64,000 nt of DNA from Gemmatimonadales bacterium. Lineage in GTDB: Bacteria; Gemmatimonadota; Gemmatimonadetes; Gemmatimonadales; GWC2-71-9. The notes under the pieces are model-generated. The model was given only the letters and a program-made list of their open reading frames with translations, ran no database searches and had not been told where the DNA came from. The position numbers and the translations under genes were made by a program. Each line of letters begins with the position of its first letter. The first letter of the stretch is position 1. The stretch lies in contig DATNOR010000160.1 of the NCBI GenBank assembly GCA_035601235.1, positions 2,137-66,136 on the forward strand, read 5' to 3'. Of the stretch, positions 1 to 9,290 are shown piece after piece.

Positions 1-1313
1 GGCGCCGCATGCCGCTCGCCGCGCTCGGCTCGAACAACATCTATCCCAAGGGCGCGCTGGTGCTCCGCATGCTGCGCGAGTACCTGGGTCCCGAGCGGTT
101 CTGGGCCTCGCTGCATCGCTATCTCACCCGCCACGCCCTCGGCAACGCGACGAGCGACGACCTGCGGCAGGCCGCGCTGGACGCGACCGGCGAGAACCTC
201 GACGGCTTCTGGAGCGAGTGGGTGTATGGCGCGGGGCATCCCGCCTTCACCGTCGCGGCGGCGTACGACAGCGCGGCCCGCACGCTCACGCTGAGCGTGA
301 AGCAAACGCAGCGCGACAGCGTCACAGGCGACAGCACCGCGCCGCGCTACCAGACGGCTGCGGTGTTTCACATGCCGCTGAGTATCCGGGTCGGCACGCC
401 GGGCGGTGACGTGGTCCGTCGCGTGCAGCTCACGGCGCGCGAGCAGACGATCTCGTTTCCGGCGCTCGCCGGCCCGCCCACGATGGTGGTGTTCGACGAC
501 GGCAACACGATCCTGAAGGAGCTCAGCTTCGACGAGCCCACCGCCTGGCTCGCGACGCAGCTCGACCGTGATGCCGACCTGTGGAACCGCGAATGGGTAA
601 TCGAGCAGCTCGCCCAGCGGCCGGCCGACGCCGCCGCCCTGGCCGCGCTCGCGCGGGCCGCCACCACCGCCGACTACTTCCTGACCCGCGCCCAGGCGGC
701 GGAGGCACTGGCGCGATTCCCCGCCGCCGGCGCCGCGACCCCACTCGCCGCGGCCCTCGGCGACAGCTCGGCGCAGGTGCGTCGCGCGGCCGTGGCCGCT
801 CTGGGTCGGATCGGCGGTGCGCGCGCGGCCGAGCTGGCCCGCGCGACGTGGCGCAGCGACTCGAGCTACGAGGTGCGGGCTGCCGCGCTCACCGCCCTCG
901 CCACCGCCGATTCGAGCGCGCGCGACAGCGTGGTGGCGTGGGGACTCGCCGCGGCCTCGTACCAGAACGTGATCCAGCAGGCGGCGTATCGCGTCATCGC
1001 GCAGACGGGTGACACCGGCGCGATCCCGCGAGTCGAGACGCGGCTCGGCGCCGACCGCTTTCCCGCCCACGTGCTGGCGGCGCTCGCCGCCCGCGGCAGC
1101 GTACGCGCGCTGTCCCTGCTCACCGCTCACCTCGACGACGACCGCGCCTACGTGCGTCGCTGGGTGATCGAGGCGTTCCGCTTCACGCTGCCGCGTCCCC
1201 TCGCCATCGAGCGCCTGAAGGCCGTCGCGCCCAAGCTCAAGTACCCGAGCACGAAGGACGAAGTGGAGAAGGCGCTGCAACAGCTGGAGAAACCGGGGGC
1301 GGAGCAGGAGTGA
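1..1313 (+). CDS. M1-family aminopeptidase (aminopeptidase N-like), C-terminal part with HEAT-like repeats; 5' end outside the window
   Basis: The frame of ORF 9..1313 is open to the window edge. It has a post-catalytic M1-like segment (NIYPKGALVLRMLREYLG, FWSEWVYGAGHP) followed by Ala-rich HEAT-like repeats (VRRAAVAALG, VRAAALTAL). Confidence 0.75.
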   Translation, partial: RRMPLAALGSNNIYPKGALVLRMLREYLGPERFWASLHRYLTRHALGNATSDDLRQAALDATGENLDGFWSEWVYGAGHPAFTVAAAYDSAARTLTLSVKQTQRDSVTGDSTAPRYQTAAVFHMPLSIRVGTPGGDVVRRVQLTAREQTISFPALAGPPTMVVFDDGNTILKELSFDEPTAWLATQLDRDADLWNREWVIEQLAQRPADAAALAALARAATTADYFLTRAQAAEALARFPAAGAATPLAAALGDSSAQVRRAAVAALGRIGGARAAELARATWRSDSSYEVRAAALTALATADSSARDSVVAWGLAAASYQNVIQQAAYRVIAQTGDTGAIPRVETRLGADRFPAHVLAALAARGSVRALSLLTAHLDDDRAYVRRWVIEAFRFTLPRPLAIERLKAVAPKLKYPSTKDEVEKALQQLEKPGAEQE

Positions 1314-1316
1314 GCG

Positions 1317-2645
1317 TCAGCCCGCTCGACGTCTCCAGAAGTACAGCGGCAGCCCCGCCAGGATCAGCACCGCGCTCATCGCGGCGTCGGCGGGCTGCTC
1401 CCGAGCCGTGTTGAACACCAGCCAGAGCGAGAACAGAATGAAGACGATGGGGGTGACCGGGTAGCCCCAGGTCCGGTACGGCCGGGCCAGGTCGGGGGCG
1501 GTGCGGCGCAGGCGGAGCACCGCGCCGCAGGACATGGCGTAGAAGACGAACTCGGCGAGCACCACGTACGTGAACAGGCGGCTGTACGAATCCTTCCACG
1601 ATGGCTCCGTCGAAATCAGGGTCAGCGCGATCGAGATGACACCCTGCACGGCCAGCGACGGGACGGGAGTGAGAAACCGCGGGTGCACGCCGCCCAGCCA
1701 GCCGGGCAGCAGCCCGTCGCGGGCCATCGCGTACGGCACGCGCGCCGCCGTCAGGACGATGCCGTTGTTCGAGCCGATGGTGGCGATCATGATCGCCGCG
1801 GCGACGAGCCCCGCGCCCGCGTGTCCCAGTGTCACCTGCGCCGCGTCGGAGGCGACGAGCGACGAGGCCGCCATCCTGGCGGGCGACAAGACGTAGGCGA
1901 AGGAGGCCGTGACCAGACAGTACAGCGCCGCACCGATCAGGGTCGAAAGCACGATGGACCGGGGCACGTTGCGCTCCGGGTCTTTCACCTCGCCGCCGAC
2001 GTAGGTGACCTCGATCCACCCGTCGTAGGCCCACAACACGGCCACGAGCGCCACCCCGAACGATGCGATCTGATGTCCCAGTGGGGCGTCGGACCAGAGC
2101 GGCGCCAGGTTCGCCGCATTGCCCCCCGGCAGCACGAATCCGACGACGATGAGCACGGCGAGCAGACCCATCTTGGTCAGGGTGAGCACGTTCTGCGTGA
2201 TGGCGCCAAGTCTGACGCCCAGCGAGTTGAGCAGCGTGAGGCCGACGATCGACACGACGGCCACGGTCTTGATACCGTTGTCGCCGAGCGGCACGAAGAA
2301 CCCGAGGTACGTCGCGAATCCCAGCGCGATGGCCGCGATGGACGCCGGGTTGATCACGACCCCGCTGGTCCAGCCGTAGAGGTAGCCCCACACGGGACCA
2401 TAAGCTTCACGCAGATACACGTAGATCCCGCCGGCCTTGGGCATCGCGGCGCCAAGCTCCGCCACCGACAGTGCGCCGAGCAGCGACACGGCGCCGCCCG
2501 CGATCCACACGAGAATGCTGGGCAGCGAGGCGTGCAGCTCGAGAGCGATGGCGCTCGGCACGATGAAGATCGCCGACGCGATGATCGTCCCGACGTTGAT
2601 CATCGTCGAGTCGAGCAGCCCGAGCTGTCGCTGGAGCTCGGGCAT
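1317..2645 (-). CDS. APC-superfamily amino acid permease
   Basis: 442 aa, about 12 hydrophobic segments, and an N-terminus typical of the APC family (LGLLDSTMINVGTIIASAIF). Its ATG shares one nt with the stop of the upstream Rieske gene. Confidence 0.85.
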   Translation of the reverse strand: MPELQRQLGLLDSTMINVGTIIASAIFIVPSAIALELHASLPSILVWIAGGAVSLLGALSVAELGAAMPKAGGIYVYLREAYGPVWGYLYGWTSGVVINPASIAAIALGFATYLGFFVPLGDNGIKTVAVVSIVGLTLLNSLGVRLGAITQNVLTLTKMGLLAVLIVVGFVLPGGNAANLAPLWSDAPLGHQIASFGVALVAVLWAYDGWIEVTYVGGEVKDPERNVPRSIVLSTLIGAALYCLVTASFAYVLSPARMAASSLVASDAAQVTLGHAGAGLVAAAIMIATIGSNNGIVLTAARVPYAMARDGLLPGWLGGVHPRFLTPVPSLAVQGVISIALTLISTEPSWKDSYSRLFTYVVLAEFVFYAMSCGAVLRLRRTAPDLARPYRTWGYPVTPIVFILFSLWLVFNTAREQPADAAMSAVLILAGLPLYFWRRRAG

Positions 2646-3742
2646 CAGCGCTCGAGCCAGGCGCGATACGCGGCCTTCAGGAGCTTCTGGAAGTGGTAGA
2701 CGCCCTCCTCGAACCGCACGGAGAAGCGGCCTTTGTCGTACGCGCGCGAGGTCAGCCCGCGCTGCACGCGCTCGCAGATCTCGGCGTCTTCCTGCTGCAC
2801 CTTGTCCGAGAAGGCGATGTCCGCCTCGATGCGCTGCGCCGCCGCGGGCGAGGTCACGTCGTCATAGTAGTAGCGAAAGATCACCTTGCAGCGGTCCGGC
2901 GCGACGGGGATCACCACGTTCGATTGCAGCCGTCCCGGCACGACGTTCAACATCAGGTTGGGAAAGATCTGGTAGTACAGGGCATCGCCGCCGCCCGCGG
3001 TGTACACGTTGCGGTCGCCGGTGAGCGGACCGACCTGGACCGAGTACCAGTCGTGCACCTCGGTGACGTAGCCCTCGTAGTCGTACAGTGTGTACAGCTC
3101 GGGGTGGACGTACGGGACGTGATACCCTTCCAGGTAGTTGTCCACGTACACCTTCCAGTTGGCGCGCACGTCGTAATCGATCCGGCGCGCGAACTTGAGG
3201 GTGCCGAGGCGCGTCGGCGCGATGCGCTCGCGAATGTCCTTCAGGTAGCCCTCGAGCGGTTTCGGGCGCTCGGCCAGGGTCACGAACACGAGGCCTTCCC
3301 ACTCGGCGAGGTGCACCGGCGTGAGCCCGTAGTTCCGCTTGTCGAACAGCTCCACGCGATTGAAATGCGGCACGCCGCGCAGCATCCCGTCCAACCGGTA
3401 CGTCCAGCCGTGATATTTGCAGATGAGCATGTCGGCGTTGCCGTCTTTCATGGCGAGCGGACCGCCGCGGTGGCGGCAGACGTTGTAGAACCCCCGCAGG
3501 GCACGGTCGGCGCCGCGCACGACGATGAGCGGCTGCTCCGCGACGTCGGTCACGATGTGATCGCCCGGGTGTGCCAGCTGGTGCGCGTCGGCCACGTATT
3601 GCCAGGTAGTGGCGAACACCGCGTCGCGGTCGAGCTCGTGGCTGCGCGGGTCAGTGTACCACGCCGAGGGTATCGTCTCGGCGCGCGCCAGGGGACGGAC
3701 GCGGAGATCGGCCGGCCGGATCAGGGACCGCCCTGACGTCAC
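2645..3742 (-). CDS. Rieske [2Fe-2S] non-heme-iron oxygenase alpha subunit (choline-monooxygenase/GbcA-like)
   Basis: It has the Rieske motif CRHRGGPL..x..CKYHGWTY and a mononuclear-iron motif NYLEGYHVPYVHP. The GTG start overlaps the upstream stop (GTGA). Confidence 0.8.
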   Translation of the reverse strand: MTSGRSLIRPADLRVRPLARAETIPSAWYTDPRSHELDRDAVFATTWQYVADAHQLAHPGDHIVTDVAEQPLIVVRGADRALRGFYNVCRHRGGPLAMKDGNADMLICKYHGWTYRLDGMLRGVPHFNRVELFDKRNYGLTPVHLAEWEGLVFVTLAERPKPLEGYLKDIRERIAPTRLGTLKFARRIDYDVRANWKVYVDNYLEGYHVPYVHPELYTLYDYEGYVTEVHDWYSVQVGPLTGDRNVYTAGGGDALYYQIFPNLMLNVVPGRLQSNVVIPVAPDRCKVIFRYYYDDVTSPAAAQRIEADIAFSDKVQQEDAEICERVQRGLTSRAYDKGRFSVRFEEGVYHFQKLLKAAYRAWLER

Positions 3743-4926
3743 GGATTGAGCCGGTTGTACTTGCGGAGCACCTCACGCAGCCGGTCGTGCGGCAGCGCGT
3801 ACACCGTGAGGTCGTCGGCGCCGGTCATAGTGTCGGCGGCGAGCATCGCGTTGACGATCGCCTCCTCGGTCGCCTGCACGGTGGCCTCGAACAGCGGCGT
3901 GATGCGCGCGTCGGGGGTCATCACGACCTGGGCGAACCCGGAGTCCCGGGAGGCGCGGGGGTTCGCGGTCGAGAACGCGATGAAGATGTCGCCCGACGAG
4001 TTGGCGGCGAGCCCCCCCATGCGACCCACGCCCAGTGCGGCGCGCTTGGCGATCCGCTTGAGCTGATGCGGGAGCAGCGGGGCATCGGTCGCCACGACGA
4101 TGATGATCGAGCCCACGTCGTCGGCGAGGCGCGCGTCGCGCGCCGATCGCCCCCCGTCTCCCCCGCACGGGGCGCGGCATGGCAGCAGGTCAGCGATCTC
4201 CCGGCCCACCGGCACCCCGGCGATGCGCAGCGGCGCGCGGGCGCCGTAGTTGCACTGTACCAGGACTCCGACCACGTAGCCGTCACCCGCCACGCGGCGC
4301 GACGCCGTCCCGATGCCGCCCTTGAAGCGGTTGCACACCATCCCCGTTCCGCCGCCCACGCTGCCCTCGGCGACCCGGCCCCCGCGCGCGCTGTCGAGCG
4401 CCGCCCAGGCGTCCTGTTTCGTCACGTGGAAGCCGTTGATGTCGTTCAGGCCCCCATCCCACGTCTCGGCCACCACCGGCAGCGACCATTCGTCGTGCTG
4501 CATGCGGCCCTGGCGCACGACCCACTCGATCACCGCGTCGCGCACCACGCCCACCGAATGGGTGTTGGTGATCATCACCGGTCCCCACAGGAACCCGGAT
4601 TCCTCGACCCAGGTGGTCCCGGTCATCTCCCCGTTGCCGTTCATGGCGAACCAGCCCGCGAATACGGGGTCGTCCGAGGCCTTGCCGCGCGGGAAGACGG
4701 CGGTGACGCCGGTGCGCACGGGACCCTTGCCCACGACGAGTTTGCCCGCGCCGGCGATGAGGGTCCGGTGCCCGACCTCGACGCCGGCGACGTCGGTGAT
4801 GGCGTCGAAGGGGCCGGGCGTGCCCTCGAGCGGGATCCCGAGGTCGCGGGCGCGCTCGCGACGCTGCGCCCGCGCCGCGCTGAGTGTGGCGGCGGAGAGC
4901 AGGAGGAGCAGCGCCCGAACTTTCAT
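3739..4926 (-). CDS. P1/S58 (DmpA-type) aminopeptidase, secreted
   Basis: It shows a DmpA/peptidase-S58-like sequence (GVTAVF, GGGTGMV, ATDAPL). I trimmed the start to the ATG at 4926, which gives a signal peptide MKVRALLLLLSAATLSAARAQ. Confidence 0.8.
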   Translation of the reverse strand: MKVRALLLLLSAATLSAARAQRRERARDLGIPLEGTPGPFDAITDVAGVEVGHRTLIAGAGKLVVGKGPVRTGVTAVFPRGKASDDPVFAGWFAMNGNGEMTGTTWVEESGFLWGPVMITNTHSVGVVRDAVIEWVVRQGRMQHDEWSLPVVAETWDGGLNDINGFHVTKQDAWAALDSARGGRVAEGSVGGGTGMVCNRFKGGIGTASRRVAGDGYVVGVLVQCNYGARAPLRIAGVPVGREIADLLPCRAPCGGDGGRSARDARLADDVGSIIIVVATDAPLLPHQLKRIAKRAALGVGRMGGLAANSSGDIFIAFSTANPRASRDSGFAQVVMTPDARITPLFEATVQATEEAIVNAMLAADTMTGADDLTVYALPHDRLREVLRKYNRLNP

Positions 4927-5026
4927 GCGGCCGGTCCGTAAGGGTGGGCTACGATAACCGGCTATTCGAGAGCGCCGCAAGCCGCGCCACGACTGCGCCA
5001 CGACCTGCGATAGATTTCTTGACCCT

Positions 5027-5770
5027 ATGACCGCGCCGTTCTCCGCACCGAGCTCCTACTGGCAGACGAGCCGGGCGCCGCGCTACAGCCTGTCGTTCGC
5101 GTTGCCCCTGTTGCTGTTCTATCAGGTGCTCGCCGTGCTGCTGGCGCACGGCACGCGCTCGGTCCGGAACGGCGCCGACGTCATCCTGCAGAGCCTGTTC
5201 GTCGCGGTCGCGGGCTCGTGGGGCCCGCTCGTGTTCATGGTCTGTCTGATCGGCGTCGGGCTGTGGCTCGTGGCGCGCGATCTCCGCAAGAGCTCGCGGC
5301 TCCGCGCGACCATCTTCTGCGGCATGCTGGCCGAGGCGCTGCTGCTGGCGCTGTTGTTCGGGTTCCTGGTGGGCGGTGTCACGAACGGCGTGCTCGGCGG
5401 GTTGCAGATTCTGGCCCGCCCTGCTGGGGGCGACCTCGACCGCTGGACCCGGCTGATGCTGTCGTTGGGCGCGGGGATTTACGAGGAGCTCCTGTTCCGC
5501 GTGCTGCTCGTTGGCGCGCTCGCCGCGGCGGCGCGCGCTCTACTCGGCTGGCGCCCCCTCACGGCGGGCGTGGCGGCCACACTGCTCGGCGCCGCGATCT
5601 TTTCCGCGTTTCACTACATCGGCCCGTACGGCGACCGGCTGCAGCTCTACTCGTTCGTGTTCCGGATGGTGGCCGGGCTGTTTTTCTCGGCGCTGTACCT
5701 GGCGCGCGGGTTCGGGATCACGGCGTGGACGCATGCGTTGTACGATGTATCACTGCTGCTCTTACACTGA
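5027..5770 (+). CDS. CPBP-family intramembrane glutamic endopeptidase (CAAX protease-like)
   Basis: A multi-TM protein with the CPBP motifs EELLFR and FSAFHY plus a later H (WTHALYD). Confidence 0.7.
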   Translation: MTAPFSAPSSYWQTSRAPRYSLSFALPLLLFYQVLAVLLAHGTRSVRNGADVILQSLFVAVAGSWGPLVFMVCLIGVGLWLVARDLRKSSRLRATIFCGMLAEALLLALLFGFLVGGVTNGVLGGLQILARPAGGDLDRWTRLMLSLGAGIYEELLFRVLLVGALAAAARALLGWRPLTAGVAATLLGAAIFSAFHYIGPYGDRLQLYSFVFRMVAGLFFSALYLARGFGITAWTHALYDVSLLLLH

Positions 5771-5831
5771 GCTCCGCTCTCCATGAGCCCCGCCCGTTTT
5801 CTCCCCTTCCCTTCGCACAGCGAGCGGGCGT

Positions 5832-5930
5832 GTCATCCTGAGCGCCGTAGGCGCGAAGGATCCGCTGCTTGCGCGTCCAGGGCGCGGAGGTCGGCGCAAG
5901 CAGATCCTTCGCCCACCCGTGAGGGTGGGG
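5832..5930. repeat. Structured intergenic REP-like element between convergent genes (two stem-loops)
   Basis: The first stem-loop pairs gaaggat(ccg)ctgcttgcgc with gcgcaagcagatccttc (5856..5910). The second is cccaccc-gtga-gggtggg (5912..5929). They are preceded by gtcatcctgagcgccgtaggcgcgaagg. Confidence 0.4.
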
Positions 5931-5946
5931 CGAACGAGAAGATGAT

Positions 5947-7518
5947 CTAGCTGTTGCCTTTCCTCTCTGGTTCTCTCGCCATCTCCCTTAGCTTGAACCT
6001 CTGAATCTTCCCCGTCGCCGTCTTCGGCAGCTCCTGTACGAACCGGATCCACCGCGGGTACTTGTAGTGGGCGAGCCGCTGTTTGACGAACCCCTGCAGC
6101 TCCGCCTCGAGCGCGGGCCCCGGCGCGTGGCCCCGGGCGAGCACCACGAACGCCACCGGCTTGACGAGCTCGTCTTCGCCCGCGGCGCCGACCACCCCGG
6201 CTTCCACGACCGCCGGGTGCTCCACGAGCGCGCCCTCCACCTCCGCCGGCGAGACCCACATCCCGCCCGCCTTGATCATGTCGTCGCCCCGGCCGGCGTA
6301 CCAGAAGTAGCCGTCCGCGTCGCGCGTGTACTTGTCGCCGGTGCGGACCCACTCGCCCTGGATGGTTTGCTTGGTGCGCTCGTGCTGGTTCCAGTAGCAG
6401 GCGCACGCGCTGTCGCCGCTCACCAGCAGGTTGCCGATCTCGCCCGCGGGCAGCTCCTGTCCCTGGTCGTCCACGATCCTCGCGTCGTAGCCGGGCACGA
6501 GCGTCCCGCTTGAGCCGGGGCGCACCCGGCCCGGGCGGTTGGCGATGAACTGATGACACAGCTCGGTCGACCCGATGCCGTCGAGAATCTCGATGCCGAA
6601 CCGCTCGCGCCAGCGCTCGTAGATCGCCTTCGGCAGGGGCTCTCCCGCGGAAATGCACAAACGCACCGAGCCCAGGTCGCGGGTCAGCGCCGAGTCTGGC
6701 TGCTGCAGCATTGCGGCGTATGCCGTGGGCACGGCGTAGAACAGCGTGGGACGCTCGCGCGCGATCACGTCGAACACCTTGGCGGGCTCGGGACGGCCGG
6801 GAAACAGTACCGTCGCCGCGCCGACGTGGAACGGGAAGTACAATGCGTTCCCCAGGCCGTAGGCGAAGAACAGCTTGGCGACCGAGAACGTGCGGTCGTC
6901 GGGCCCGATCTCGAGCACGTGCCGGCCGAACGTCTCGCAGCATACCTGCATGTCGTGATGCAGGTGTACGGCCGCCTTGGGCGTCCCAGTCGTGCCTGAG
7001 GTGTACAGCCAGAAGGCGACGTCGTCCTTGGTCGTGTCGGCAGGATCGAGCTCGGGCCGCTCGGCACTTACCAGGTCATCGTACGCCAGGTCGCCGGCAG
7101 AGCCCCGGCCGGCGACGACGATGTGCTTCAGGGCCGGCGCGCGCGGCCGGGCCTCCGCCAGCGCCGGCGCCAGGGCGCCGCTCACGATCGCCACCTCAGC
7201 ACGGCTGTCTCTCAGCATGTACTCGTAGTCGTGCGGTGTGAGTAGCGTGTTGGTGGGAATGGGCACGGCTCCGATCTTGAGCGCGCCCCAGAAGCTCCAG
7301 ACGAACTCGGGCGAGTCGTAGAGGAGGAGCACCACCCGCTGCTCCCGCTGCACCCCCAGCCGGCGCAGCGCGTTGCCGAGCCGGTTCGCTCCCGCGGCCA
7401 CGTCGCCGTAGGTGAGGCGGCCGCCCTCGTGGATCACCGCGAGCCGCGCTGCCCGGCCTTCGGCGAGGTGGCGGTCGACGAACCACGTGGCGGCGTTGTA
7501 CTCGCGCGGGATCTCCAT
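5947..7518 (-). CDS. Benzoate-CoA ligase family AMP-dependent aryl-CoA ligase
   Basis: 523 aa with the AMP-binding motif YTSGTTGTPKAA, GEPLP, and C-terminal LPKTATGKIQRFKLR. The N-terminus NAATWFVDRHL is typical of benzoate/4-hydroxybenzoate-CoA ligases. Confidence 0.8.
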   Translation of the reverse strand: MEIPREYNAATWFVDRHLAEGRAARLAVIHEGGRLTYGDVAAGANRLGNALRRLGVQREQRVVLLLYDSPEFVWSFWGALKIGAVPIPTNTLLTPHDYEYMLRDSRAEVAIVSGALAPALAEARPRAPALKHIVVAGRGSAGDLAYDDLVSAERPELDPADTTKDDVAFWLYTSGTTGTPKAAVHLHHDMQVCCETFGRHVLEIGPDDRTFSVAKLFFAYGLGNALYFPFHVGAATVLFPGRPEPAKVFDVIARERPTLFYAVPTAYAAMLQQPDSALTRDLGSVRLCISAGEPLPKAIYERWRERFGIEILDGIGSTELCHQFIANRPGRVRPGSSGTLVPGYDARIVDDQGQELPAGEIGNLLVSGDSACACYWNQHERTKQTIQGEWVRTGDKYTRDADGYFWYAGRGDDMIKAGGMWVSPAEVEGALVEHPAVVEAGVVGAAGEDELVKPVAFVVLARGHAPGPALEAELQGFVKQRLAHYKYPRWIRFVQELPKTATGKIQRFKLREMAREPERKGNS

Positions 7519-7580
7519 CGCGGCGATGTTAGCTCCGGGCGCGGCGCCGTCAAGCTCGCGCGCCAGGCAGGGGCGGCGGT

Positions 7581-9290
7581 ATGTTGGCCGGGAGGACGAT
7601 CATGGCCATGCTCGCAGTGCTGCTGCAGATGCTCGCCGCCGGCAACTCGCAGGCCACGCCCGACTCGGGCGCGATTCTCAAGTCCGCGCGCCGGGCGCAG
7701 GCCGCGTTCGAGAGCACGCGGCGGGCCAGTCTCCCTGAACTCTCCGGCGGTTCGCCCGGCGGGCGCACCGAGATTATCGGCCGTATCACCCTTTCGTTCG
7801 AGAGCGGAGGAGACGACGAAACTGTGGTCCCGGAGCCGCCGCGGATTCGTTCGGCGCGCGCCCGCCTCCTCTCAACATTCCAGGAGGCAAGCGCTGCCCT
7901 CCCAGGAGACGAATGGATCGCCGGCCAGCAGGTGCGGTACCTAATCGAGGACAGCCAGCCCCAGCAAGCGGCCCGCGTCGCCCAGCAGTGTCGGGCCGTA
8001 AGGTGGTGGTGTGACGCACTGATGGGTCTAGTGCGGCACGCGACTGGTGACTACGCGCGTGCGGACAGCGCGTTCACCGCAGCCCTGGCCGAGATGCCCG
8101 ACGAGGAGCGGTGTCGCTGGAACGACATCTCCACTCTCCTCGAGGGCGAGCCGGCGGAGCGCTACCGGACGTTGGACTGCGCTGACCGAGCAGCCTTCGA
8201 GACTCGGTGGTGGTGGCTCGCGCAGCCGTTGTATTCCCTCGCCACCAACGATCGCCGCACTGAGCATTTCGCCCGGGTCGTTAGGGCCCGAATGGAGGAG
8301 GGTCGCCGCACTCCTCACGGTTTGCTCTGGGGTGATGACCTCCGTGAGATCCTGATGCGCTACGGATCGCCGACGTGGTGGACGCGCGATCCGCCGGCGT
8401 ACCTGCTGGTACAATCCGACCCCAAGGTCACCGGACACTATCCGTCGGGCGCAGTGCAGTTCGCGCCTAGCGCACACGCGCTGGTCGACCCCGCCGGGGC
8501 AACACCCGAAGACTGGAACCTCGATCCGCCGAAGACGCGGGAGCAGTACGCACCAGCGTACGCGACGTCGTTTACGTATCTCGAGCATCAGGAAGCCCTG
8601 TTCCGGCGGGGGGACTCGTGCCTCGTGGTCGCCGCCCCTGACCTCTCGGGTGACACACTCTTCGCACAGCGCGCCGTCAGCGTCGCCCTTGCCCTCGCGC
8701 CCGACGAGCACACCATCGTCACCGCACGGGACTCCGGTAGCGCGGCCGCTCCGCGGGCCGTGGTCGCCGCCGCTCCCTGCCAGCCGTACCTGCTCTCCCT
8801 CGAAGCCGTCGCGCCACGCGAGCGCCACGTGGCACGGGCGCGCTACGGCGTGACGCTCAAGCGCCGCACGCTCTTACACCCGGCGATCTCCGATCTGTTG
8901 CTGTTCGACCCGCCGGATTCGCTCCCCGCGACGCTCGACGCCGTCCTGCCGTACGCATACGGATCGACTCGCGTCCCGGCCGACCGCAAGCTGGGCGTGT
9001 TTTGGGAGGTGTATGGGGTCGATCCGGCAGGCGGCGCCGTCGCGGTTTCGCTGACGCTGGCGCGCCAGGGCACGGGGTTCTTGCGTCGGATGCTCGGGCT
9101 CGCGGGGCGGCGCCACGACGTCCGGCTCGAGTGGCAGGACGTGCCGCAGGACTCCTCAGTGGCCCCGCGAGCACTCGCCATCGATCTCGCGGGACTCGCG
9201 CCGGGACGCTATCAGATCGTGGTGGACATCACGCCACCCGGCGGCACGACGCTCGCGGCGCGGCGCGAGATCCGGATCGAGCGACCCTAG
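7581..9290 (+). CDS. Secreted hypothetical protein, possible degenerate GWxTD-type domain
   Basis: It has a signal peptide (MLAGRTIMAMLAVLLQMLAAGNSQA). The segment WWWLAQPL..NDRRTEHFARV..LWGDDLREILMRYGSP resembles the GWxTD domain pattern. There is no other recognisable motif. Confidence 0.5.
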   Translation: MLAGRTIMAMLAVLLQMLAAGNSQATPDSGAILKSARRAQAAFESTRRASLPELSGGSPGGRTEIIGRITLSFESGGDDETVVPEPPRIRSARARLLSTFQEASAALPGDEWIAGQQVRYLIEDSQPQQAARVAQQCRAVRWWCDALMGLVRHATGDYARADSAFTAALAEMPDEERCRWNDISTLLEGEPAERYRTLDCADRAAFETRWWWLAQPLYSLATNDRRTEHFARVVRARMEEGRRTPHGLLWGDDLREILMRYGSPTWWTRDPPAYLLVQSDPKVTGHYPSGAVQFAPSAHALVDPAGATPEDWNLDPPKTREQYAPAYATSFTYLEHQEALFRRGDSCLVVAAPDLSGDTLFAQRAVSVALALAPDEHTIVTARDSGSAAAPRAVVAAAPCQPYLLSLEAVAPRERHVARARYGVTLKRRTLLHPAISDLLLFDPPDSLPATLDAVLPYAYGSTRVPADRKLGVFWEVYGVDPAGGAVAVSLTLARQGTGFLRRMLGLAGRRHDVRLEWQDVPQDSSVAPRALAIDLAGLAPGRYQIVVDITPPGGTTLAARREIRIERP

